From Wolbachia endosymbiont of Onchocerca ochengi (GTDB lineage Bacteria; Pseudomonadota; Alphaproteobacteria; Rickettsiales; Anaplasmataceae), in the NCBI RefSeq assembly GCF_000306885.1, contig NC_018267.1:1-32000 (forward strand): 32,000 nucleotides of DNA, given 5' to 3'. The notes under the pieces were generated by a model, which made no database searches, was not told the DNA's origin, and was given only the letters and a program-made list of their open reading frames with translations. Below, one piece after another: positions 9,590 to 17,996 of the stretch (the stretch's first letter is position 1; the number at the start of each line of letters is the position of its first letter). The position numbers were made by a program, and so were the translations under genes.

Positions 9590-10237
9590 CTAGTCCTGCT
9601 CTACAGCAAATTTCAATACTATGTGGGTAGCTATAGTACTATTAATCAGCAAAATAGCAAAAACTAAAACAGTAATAAGCAATATATGAATATTCAAAGA
9701 TAAACTTTCAAACTGAATCAGTAATTTAAAATACACAAAGGTTGGCATTATGATTGGTAAAACAAGAATTTGTGGTATTCCTGATGCTAAGTTATTTCGA
9801 CCAATCATTAATGCACTTCCAGTAGCTGAAATATTAGTTACTATCAGCATATTGAGTAACAAAGACAAGCCAGCTACTATTGAGTATTTAATATCACTGC
9901 CCAGAACTACAAAGCTGAATATGGAAGAAATTGCTGAAATTGGTAAACCGAATAATATCCAGTGAGCAAGAATTTTATAAGCAATTATAAATTTAGAGGA
10001 AAGTGGCTGTATGAAGATTTGCTCTAATATTCCGTCACGATAATCAGAAGAAAATAAATCACTTGTAGAAATTTGCAGAACAAAAGTAGCACATATCCAT
10101 ATTAATGCTAACATAATTTCTCGTTCACTGTTATTTCCAAGTGTAAACGAAGATAAGCTTAACATTACAATAAAGATACATATTATATAGGTAAAATCAC
10201 TATTACTTATCACTAATTTTTTTATTGAGCTGATCAT
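9590..10237 (-). CDS. ccmB: heme exporter protein B (cytochrome c maturation)
   Basis: 215-aa polytopic membrane ORF containing the CcmB-like segment LFSSDYRDGILEQIF and about 6 hydrophobic spans. Confidence 0.8.
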   Translation of the reverse strand: MISSIKKLVISNSDFTYIICIFIVMLSLSSFTLGNNSEREIMLALIWICATFVLQISTSDLFSSDYRDGILEQIFIQPLSSKFIIAYKILAHWILFGLPISAISSIFSFVVLGSDIKYSIVAGLSLLLNMLIVTNISATGSALMIGRNNLASGIPQILVLPIIMPTFVYFKLLIQFESLSLNIHILLITVLVFAILLINSTIATHIVLKFAVEQD

Positions 10238-10343
10238 ATTAGGCTTTTAAATATTTATTATAAATTATAGTGTTTACTTTGAGATAGTGTAATTTCTTAT
10301 TCATAAATTACACAGGTTTTATTATTTAACAAGTAATGCAATT

Positions 10344-10727
10344 ATGAAAGAGTTACCAAAAATAAAATTACCAGAAGATTATACTCCTTCAGAGGATGAA
10401 GAATACATGAACGTGAAGCAATTGGAATACTTTAGCTTAAAATTGCAATCAATGCTTGTTGAAATGGAGAAGCAAGAATTAGAAGACAGCGCATACTATT
10501 CTGATGAAGATAGTGGAAATGAAAAACTAATTAGGCGCAGAAAAGAAAGAAAAGAAAAAATCAAGGAGGCATTAAAAAAAATAAAATTAGGCACCTACGG
10601 CTATTGTGAAAGAACAGGAGAAGAAATAGGAACCGAAAGGCTTAAAGCCAATCCGCTTGCTACATATTGCATTGAAGAGCAAGAGAGATTAGAAAAAGAA
10701 AAAAATGCATATAACATCGAAGATTAA
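10344..10727 (+). CDS. dksA: DksA/TraR-family regulator, Cys-poor variant
   Basis: 127-aa ORF with a charged coiled-coil region, then GTYGYCERTGEEIGTERLKANPLATYCIEEQ. This aligns with the DksA zinc-ribbon region (C..C......RL.A.P.A..C..C) but keeps only 2 of the 4 Cys. Confidence 0.75.
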   Translation: MKELPKIKLPEDYTPSEDEEYMNVKQLEYFSLKLQSMLVEMEKQELEDSAYYSDEDSGNEKLIRRRKERKEKIKEALKKIKLGTYGYCERTGEEIGTERLKANPLATYCIEEQERLEKEKNAYNIED

Positions 10728-10757
10728 CTTTAAAATATGTTTAATAAAACTGTTAAC

Positions 10758-11348
10758 TTAATTTTTTTTAAATCTTTTAAGCTTTTCTTTTTTTAATATA
10801 GAGCTTATCTCTTCGACACTTTTATCAATATTATCATTGATAATTATATAATCATATTTATTTCGTTTACTTATCTCCTTTTGAGCTTCAGCCAACCTAC
10901 ATTCTATTTCGCTTGCACTATCAGTATTACGTTTTTGCAAACGCAGCCTAAGCTCTTCCATTGAAGGAGGAAGGATAAAAATGCTTACAACTTTTTTCCT
11001 CATGAGCTTAAATAAATGAAATGCTCCTTGCCAATCTATACTAAGCAAAACACTTACTCCACTACTTAGATTCTGTTTTATAAAATCTTTTGGTATACCA
11101 TAGAAATTTTCAAAAACCTTAGCGTACTCAAGCATCTGGTCAGTTCTGCATAACTCGTGAAATCTCTCTTCGGTAACGAAAAAATAGTCTTTTCCATTTA
11201 TTTCACCAAAACGAGGTTTACGCGTAGTTACAGAAACAGATTTAACTAGGTCAGTTGATTGATCAAGTAGCCTCTCTAATATAGTAGTTTTTCCAGCTCC
11301 AGAAGGAGAAGATAAAACTAACAATACACCCTCACCTCTTGTGATCAT
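10758..11348 (-). CDS. gmk: guanylate kinase
   Basis: Contains the P-loop LVLSSPSGAGKTTI, TTRKPRFGEINGKDYFF and LLSIDWQGA. Confidence 0.95.
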   Translation of the reverse strand: MITRGEGVLLVLSSPSGAGKTTILERLLDQSTDLVKSVSVTTRKPRFGEINGKDYFFVTEERFHELCRTDQMLEYAKVFENFYGIPKDFIKQNLSSGVSVLLSIDWQGAFHLFKLMRKKVVSIFILPPSMEELRLRLQKRNTDSASEIECRLAEAQKEISKRNKYDYIIINDNIDKSVEEISSILKKEKLKRFKKN

Positions 11349-11374
11349 AAAAAAAATAACTCAACAAGAGAACA

Positions 11375-12961
11375 TTATATAGCATAGCGTAAATCACTTT
11401 TTTCAAAAGCTGCCTTATTTAAATTAACACTTACAAACTTTGTTCTACTCAACACTGAACCAGAAAAATCAGCATTTTCTAGATTCATGTCCTTAAATTC
11501 AAAGTAAGCATAATTTGCATCAAATCTTTTATTCTGCGATATTTCTTCTTGCAAACCTTTAATCGAGGTTATAGCATTATATATTCTTGAAGAATAGAAA
11601 GACGTATTATCAATTGCTGAATTACTGAAATTGCTGAGAAAAAAGCCTGTTTTCTTAAAGGTATTATCGTGAAGCAAAGAAGACTTGAAACTATTCTTAA
11701 CAAAATTCGAATTAGTTACTTTTAGATTAGACCAGTTTGAGTTATCCGCTATCAAATTAAAAAACATTGAGTTTTCTATTTCACTAGAATCAATGCTATG
11801 ACAAAGTAGTTTACTATTACAAATTTGAGAACCCTGTACTTTAACCTTGTACATTGAAACTGTAGAAAGGTCTGTATTTTTTATTTCTGCAGAAGTAAAT
11901 AATGAGTAGTCAAAAAACGAGCCATTTATATTAGAATTTGCAACTTTAGTATTATCAAACTTCCCATGACGAATATCAGAATCAGAAACATTAACTTGAT
12001 GTAGTTCGCTAAAACTAAAATCAATGTTAGATAAGTCAGCATCCTGAAGAGTTATATCAGAAACATACGAGTGTTTTACTTTAGAACTATTCAGTATAGA
12101 CTGAACAAAGCTTGAACTATCACTACTTACATAGGAAATTTGCGTATTACTTAAATTAGCCATATTAAAGTTACTACTAATTATAGCAGAAGAATTAAGA
12201 CAAACATTAGAAAGATTACTACCCGTAAAATCTGATTCCTTTATTTCTGCACCATATATATTAGCATTCTCCAATGAGGAAAATTGTACTTTTAACTTAT
12301 ATGAATCCACTCCAAAAAAATTTGCATTATCAAGATTGCTTCTTTGCACAACAGTATTACTTATTTCACTATCGCTAAAGTTTACATAATCAACATTCGA
12401 GCTTAACAAACTAGAAAGATTCATTTTTACATTTGAGAAGTTAGTATATAACCCGGTCATGTTGTGCATCCTCACTTTCTTAAGATCAGAATTAATAAAC
12501 TCAGCATGGCTAACATCAGACTGGCTAAGCATAATATCCATCAAATTTGCAGAAACAAATTTTGTAAAACTTAAATTTGTACTTTCTATTCTTATATCCC
12601 GTAAATTAGCATTAGAAAAATTAGCCCCACGTAAATCAGCATTAATAAAAGATACACCTGACAAGTCAGTATAAGAAAAGTCAGCACCAATTAGACTGAC
12701 TCCATCAAAAATGGATCCATTTAGGTACAATCGACTAAAATCAGCTCCATTCAAATTAGGGCCAAAACCTTTTCCAAAATCTTCTGGCACACCTTCTTTG
12801 TGGCATTTCATCAGAAACTTAGCAAAGTCTTCTTTGTCATAAAAGACATATTTTACTTTATGCAAAGTGTTCAAAAAATCACTGACCAGATCTTTTCTTT
12901 TATTTACTTCATCTCCATAACACAAATGACCAACTAAAATCAATATCAAAAACCTAATCAT
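11375..12961 (-). CDS. secreted pentapeptide-repeat protein (about 90 tandem pentapeptides)
   Basis: Starts at the ATG at 12961, giving MIRFLILILVGHLCYG/DEV, a Sec-type signal; the track ORF extends to a GTG at 12985. A domain of about 55 aa follows, then about 450 aa of A(D/N)LXX-type repeats (GADFSRLYLNGSIFDGVSLIGADFSYTDLSGVSFINADLRGANFSNANL...). Confidence 0.85.
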   Translation of the reverse strand: MIRFLILILVGHLCYGDEVNKRKDLVSDFLNTLHKVKYVFYDKEDFAKFLMKCHKEGVPEDFGKGFGPNLNGADFSRLYLNGSIFDGVSLIGADFSYTDLSGVSFINADLRGANFSNANLRDIRIESTNLSFTKFVSANLMDIMLSQSDVSHAEFINSDLKKVRMHNMTGLYTNFSNVKMNLSSLLSSNVDYVNFSDSEISNTVVQRSNLDNANFFGVDSYKLKVQFSSLENANIYGAEIKESDFTGSNLSNVCLNSSAIISSNFNMANLSNTQISYVSSDSSSFVQSILNSSKVKHSYVSDITLQDADLSNIDFSFSELHQVNVSDSDIRHGKFDNTKVANSNINGSFFDYSLFTSAEIKNTDLSTVSMYKVKVQGSQICNSKLLCHSIDSSEIENSMFFNLIADNSNWSNLKVTNSNFVKNSFKSSLLHDNTFKKTGFFLSNFSNSAIDNTSFYSSRIYNAITSIKGLQEEISQNKRFDANYAYFEFKDMNLENADFSGSVLSRTKFVSVNLNKAAFEKSDLRYAI

Positions 12962-13041
12962 TTTCTTTATTACACCGCAATTCACTATCTTCTTTTGTCC
13001 TCAGACCCAATTATATATTTCTAGATCTTCTTTATTACCTA

Positions 13042-14196
13042 TTATTTTTTATACTCCAAAAAATATGGCATCATTTCAGCAATTGCATTTATCATATCAA
13101 CCCGCTCTCTTTCAATCGCTATATCAATGGGAGACTGAAGATTATAATTGACCACTTTAGGATCAGCACCTTGTAATAAGAAAAAGCGCACTATATCTAT
13201 CCCACCTTGCTTAACTGCATAAATTAGAGGGGTATCTCCAAGTTTATTCCTAAACTTAAGCACCTCTTGAACTGTCAATCCAAGCTTTTCTAATTTATTT
13301 ATTATCCCTCTCAAACAAATCAAGTTGTTCTTTTTAATACAATAAAAAAGACGTTTACTATAGTCATCAACAAATATAGTTGCCGGAAGATGCTGATTAA
13401 GATTACTATATTGCCGCTTATATATTAACTCATCTTGTGTATTTCTATGATGCCACTTTTTTACTGACTCATTGTTTAACTTTGCCAACCTTTGTAAATT
13501 TTTCTCTTTCTCCTGTTTACTTTTTTCATCCTTTTTAATGATAGGTTTTTCTATATTATGGCTTTTAGATAATTTTTTCACCTTTTCTTTTCTAACTTGG
13601 CCCTCTAACTTTTTTCCTTCTAATAATTTATCTATATTATTTTCTGAAGGCTTATTCTTCTCTACATCAACCTTTTTATTAACTTGTAGATCTTTTTGCA
13701 GGTCAGTTACATTTTCGCTTAAACTAACACTTGGAGAAAAAATAAGGTTTCCATTAACTTCTTTATCAGTCACATTTGGTAAATCCGGAGTAACTTCATC
13801 TCCCTCACCTCTATTTTCCTTTAACAGATCATCACTAAGTTCTGACAAATCTTCACTATTCCTCCCTATTTCACTCATAGCCTTTTCTAATATAGAAGTT
13901 TTATTCTTATCATGTTGTAGCTCTTCTTTACTTTCTCCTTTTCCAGTTTTAATATTTTGTACTTTTTCAACATTTAACTTATCAACTTCGCTTTTGATAG
14001 ACTCTAGATTGTTCCTCTGCTGGATTATGCTTTGTGATAAACCTTGTTTTAGATCTTTCTTTATATCCATATCTTCACTCACAGAATCCATTGATCTATC
14101 TAAACTAAATTTCTCTTCTTCAAGTTGCTCCATAGCAAATAGACCAATTGAGCCAAACACAATAAATACCAACGTAAAGCATAAAATACTCTTCAT
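13042..14196 (-). CDS. ankyrin-repeat protein with N-terminal signal/TM segment and long charged linker
   Basis: N-terminus is MKSILCFTLVFIVFGSIGLFA. About 230 aa of K/E/D/S-rich low-complexity sequence follows. The C-terminus carries 2-3 ANK repeats (GDTPLIYAVKQGGIDIVRFFLLQGADPKVVN...SPIDIAIERERVDMINAI). Confidence 0.8.
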   Translation of the reverse strand: MKSILCFTLVFIVFGSIGLFAMEQLEEEKFSLDRSMDSVSEDMDIKKDLKQGLSQSIIQQRNNLESIKSEVDKLNVEKVQNIKTGKGESKEELQHDKNKTSILEKAMSEIGRNSEDLSELSDDLLKENRGEGDEVTPDLPNVTDKEVNGNLIFSPSVSLSENVTDLQKDLQVNKKVDVEKNKPSENNIDKLLEGKKLEGQVRKEKVKKLSKSHNIEKPIIKKDEKSKQEKEKNLQRLAKLNNESVKKWHHRNTQDELIYKRQYSNLNQHLPATIFVDDYSKRLFYCIKKNNLICLRGIINKLEKLGLTVQEVLKFRNKLGDTPLIYAVKQGGIDIVRFFLLQGADPKVVNYNLQSPIDIAIERERVDMINAIAEMMPYFLEYKK

Positions 14197-15036
14197 AAAT
14201 ATCCCTAAGCAATAAGTTCAATTAAGATGATACTATAATCAAATAATTAATCCATAACAAAAAACAAGCATGATGGTAGTGAAACTTTCACAATGAACAT
14301 AACCTCCTTAGTGTATTGAGGTATGTAGAATATATACTTTACATAAAAGACAGTAGCACAATCAGACGTTATATTATTTGACTTTTTATTCTTAGACTTT
14401 TGAGGTTTCGCTTTTTTAAGATCTTGTAAGTAGTTAGTTAAAGTCATCCACAATAACTACAATCTTTCCATTTCCGCACTTAGTATCAACACTATTCCCT
14501 TCTACTTCTAACAAAGATCTTACCAAATTTGTAGCGCTAACTATAGTAGTCACATACAATATAATATATAATTTCTTCACAATATATGTTAAAGCAGCTA
14601 TTCTATTCGGTAAATAAGTAATTTTCGTCAAATTGACCTTCCTCTCGCTTTTAATATAGAACCAAATCCTTCGTTTAAATTTTTCCAATTACATACTACC
14701 ATTTAAGTTACTTTTATCATTCGCTAAAGCTAATTATCTCCTCTACTCCCAACTTACTTGATCCTATAATTCTCTTCTATTAAAAAATAATATAGCCTAA
14801 CTATCACATATTTTAGCAAAAAAGTAAAATATTCACATATTTTTCATATTTTATGTGAAAATACTAACATTCACTTTAATCTACTGTAACTTGATCAATA
14901 AAAATAGAGTAAACAACTCAATGGCAATATCACAAACTAGCACTACAAAAATTTCAATAAAGTTAAGTAAACTTATATATCTAAATAAGAGCAAAATAGT
15001 CTAAAATGACTAATTATGTATCATATCAACAGTACA

Positions 15037-15127
15037 CGGAGAGAGAGGGATTCGAACCCTCGATATGACTTTTCAATCATATAACGGTTTAGCAAACCGT
15101 CGCCTTCAGCCGCTCGGCCATCTCTCC
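15037..15127 (-). tRNA. tRNA-Ser (anticodon GCU)
   Basis: The reverse complement folds as a class II cloverleaf. The acceptor stem is GGAGAGA/TCTCTCC, the anticodon stem ACGGT/ACCGT with loop TTGCTAA, there is a long variable arm, and the T arm is GAGGG-TTCGAAT-CCCTC. The discriminator is G and no CCA is encoded. Confidence 0.95.
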
Positions 15128-15246
15128 AAACCCTAAGTTTCAAGTTTACATATAATACCAAGACTTCACAACCTGTCTAACACTTTCAATAGCGATACTT
15201 TTACACTAAATAAAATAACAACAGGAAATCAGTTATATTAAAAACC

Positions 15247-15753
15247 TTACTTAATAGCACTCTTAATGATCTTTTTAGCTTCTTCTACACCAATCCACTC
15301 TCCAACTATTACTGTTTTTCCTTCCTCTAGGTCTTTATAATGTGAAAAGAAATGAGCAATTTTATCTAGCAGTTTCTTAGGTAGATCAGAATAATTTTTC
15401 ACATTATCATAATAACTATCAACACTGGAAATAGGTACAGCTAACACCTTTTCATCTTCTCCTTTCTCATCCTTAGTAAGCAAAGCACCTATTGGACGCA
15501 CCGATATTAAAACACCAGATACTAAGGAATATTGGGTTAACACCAAAACATCTACAGGATCACCATCACCTGCACAGGTATTTGGTACAAATCCATAATT
15601 ACAAGGATAAACCATTGCAGTAGATAGAAACCTGTCAACTTGTAACAGTCCTAATTCCTTATCAAACTCATACTTTACAGGTTCAGCATTTGCACCTATT
15701 TCAATTATTACACTTATCATATCCGATGTTACAGTAATTTTACTCAAATTCAT
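15247..15753 (-). CDS. ppa: inorganic pyrophosphatase
   Basis: 168-aa ORF with family I PPase motifs: KYEFDKELG, YPCNYGFVPNT, DGDPVDVLVL and DEKVLAV. Confidence 0.95.
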   Translation of the reverse strand: MNLSKITVTSDMISVIIEIGANAEPVKYEFDKELGLLQVDRFLSTAMVYPCNYGFVPNTCAGDGDPVDVLVLTQYSLVSGVLISVRPIGALLTKDEKGEDEKVLAVPISSVDSYYDNVKNYSDLPKKLLDKIAHFFSHYKDLEEGKTVIVGEWIGVEEAKKIIKSAIK

Positions 15754-15849
15754 AAACTACCTCTTACTAAGAATAAATATTATACAATATATATTCCCAG
15801 TTATTATATTTATACCATTGCAAACAAAAAACTACTTAGAAAAAAACAA

Positions 15850-16388
15850 TTAAATTAATTTAGATAAGTAAATAGCAGCTTTGCAGCCTGTTTTTATGAA
15901 TGAAGATAAAACATTATAACCGAATGCGCTTTCAGCGTTATGCCCAATTGCAATATCCCTGTGTTCCAGCTCTTCATCGCGAAATTTACTTATAGTTTCT
16001 CTTAATTCTCCATCTTCTAAACGTGAAATTTGCTCTTTATAGTGCTCTTCGATCACTTCTTCAACCGCAGCAGTACAAGCCATAGCAGCTTTTTTACCCA
16101 TAATAGCCGTTGCAACACCAAGTGATACTCCTAACACACACCAAATTGGCAATAAAACGGTAGGACGAATTTTTTGTTTTTTGATTTTCTCACTAAAATA
16201 GCGAAAATGCTTCTTTTCTTGTTCTTCCATTTTAATTATTTTATTGATTATAGAAGATTCTTTAAGAATAAATTTTTGACCAGAATAAATACAAATAGCT
16301 CCATACTCGCCAGCATGGTTTACCCTAATTGCTTGTTCTAAAAATTTTTTTTTATTTTCTTAATATTAGAACTTTCTTTTTTCAACAC
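15850..16388 (-). pseudogene. coq7: COQ7-type demethoxyubiquinone hydroxylase with one frameshift in an A9 tract
   Basis: The frame of track ORF 15850-16230 stays open upstream to 16359 and encodes ...KKKFLEQAIRVNHAGEYGAICIYSGQ... with no start codon. A GTG/TTG-initiated frame (16388/16385: VLKKESSNIKKIKKNF-stop at 16338-16340) overlaps it across the T9 run at 16345-16353 (A9 on the coding strand). One extra A would fuse the two frames. The di-iron helix motifs are intact (HAGEYGA, EKKH, EEVIEEH, EELEH). Confidence 0.8.
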
Positions 16389-16535
16389 TTACTCCATTTA
16401 TCTCTGTATCAACACTATTATAAGTAAACGTGTTATAGAGTAAATAAAATTTCATGTGTGACAACTGCATGAATATTGTAACTTTCAGAAATTCAAGTCT
16501 GTCTATAAAACCACTCAACAATCTTTCTCAACCAC

Positions 16536-16596
16536 TCTCATCATGAGATTAAAGGTGCTTACAGTTACCTTTAACCTGCACAGGTTGATGATGAGA
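16536..16596. other. 61-nt Y-shaped inverted-repeat element (candidate small RNA or palindromic-element relic)
   Basis: A 9-bp closing stem pairs tctcatcat (16536-16544) with atgatgaga (16588-16596). It encloses an 8-bp hairpin, ttaaaggt (16549-16556) with acctttaa (16567-16574), and a short cctg/cagg hairpin (16575-16584). It lies in a region with no ORF. Confidence 0.25.
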
Positions 16597-17996
16597 ATAC
16601 TATACAGTTGATATCTTATATATAATTTTTTACATTATATTTACCTCATACCTTTATTAATTTTACCTAAAGATCTCTAAATTCTCAAACTAAAACGCAC
16701 TTATAGTCATCGAAGACATTATAGAATACCAACTTATAAGATAATTGGAGTGAACAACCATTGATCATAGAATTTCTTTTACCTTTTTCTACTTTGTAGA
16801 CTCCTTAATATTTATTATCAATTCAATTATAAAAAAACATTTGTTTTCGTAACAAATGGTGTCATTTTAGTGCATGATGTTGGAACACCTATATTTCTTT
16901 TTTTTTTCTGGATTTTAGTACCTGCTGCCTAAATAGTAGCTTTCTGTAAACTAAAACCAAAATGTTCTCTACAGCTCTAGGTTTAGGATAAGTCTACCCT
17001 ATGTAATTTTTAGTCCTTGTTCTATTACATCATAATTATAAAACTAACCAGAAGAAACTCAGCTACTGTCAACAAAAAGAGCGTTTAGCTGGCAAAGAAA
17101 GAAGAAAGTAGTGACTCATAATTAAACTCAGATCTTTATTTCTATAGCTTTCTACCACTTCCTTAGCCTTCTCAATATCCTCAGACTCTTTATCGCGTTT
17201 TTTCTAAAAGCAAAGCTACCAGTTAAATATATAAAAGAGTTAACATCAAGAATGACTAAACTCCACTTTAGTGAAACTGAATTAATAACGCAACCTATCT
17301 ATCAGAGCTGGTAAAGGAATAATACCAACTACAATTTTTATATTCCTGAACACTTTTAAGTTCATTATCCAGATAATCTACCTTAATCTAGTTTTCTAGC
17401 TTTTTCTTTACTACTATGATAGAAAATAATACATATAAAACCATCGAAAGTAACACATTAACTACAACTTGCTATATATCTAAAGCTAATAATTTTCTAC
17501 TGTCTTTTGAAACTTTTTTCCTGTCTTTTTTACTTTAATAGTTGTTATTATCATAGTTAAATTTGTCATATTAAAATGTGAGCATATCTACCAAACAAAG
17601 AATTAATATAATATATCATAATGACAAAAAACTCCAAAAATCTAAATCTTCATCACTAAATACATGTATAATTTAAAAATTTTCAAGTTACCTGTTATTC
17701 TTTGCATTATACTAATCATTTCTATTTCCTGGACTGTGTCCATTAGTTGAGTTTAGGCCCTGCATAGCAAATTCTTTTACACAAACCCTCTAAACTTTCT
17801 GCTCATCCCAATCTGGGATGTTTTTGCGTATCATGAAACCATAAAAACTTTGAACATCATCGCTACTATCTGACTTTTTCACATAAGCTGACGCATATCT
17901 TTAAAGTACTATTATCCACTAACGTAAACACTTTTTCTAAAATTAATAAATACTTACTTTAATAAAGTAATATTCTTTTATCAACTTGAATATAAT

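Noticed and set aside
13472-14215. 247-aa plus-strand ORF antisense to the ankyrin gene
   Set aside because: It is an F/S/L-rich mirror image of the K/E-rich coding strand with no motifs, a typical shadow ORF. The same applies to the other antisense or out-of-frame track ORFs inside strong genes: 2375-2716, 3183-3422, 7907-8107, 9750-9965, 12459-12674, 18195-18452, 18667-18897, 18749-19018, 20731-20928, 22277-22693, 24108-24356, 24872-25069, 26704-27051, 27322-27507, 28606-28929, 30148-30426, 30698-30919 and 31373-31735.
14804-14859. tcacatatttt repeated at 14804 and 14833, plus an inverted tatgtgaa at 14852 (8-bp hairpin)
   Set aside because: The motifs are short and AT-rich and of the size expected by chance. 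No gene lies downstream for them to regulate.
15037-15127. Integrated-element hypothesis at tRNA-Ser, and likewise at tRNA-Asn (21505-21576)
   Set aside because: I found no integrase, no direct repeat of either tRNA 3' end in the flanks, and no phage or IS genes. The flank of tRNA-Asn is better explained as a nuoI relic.
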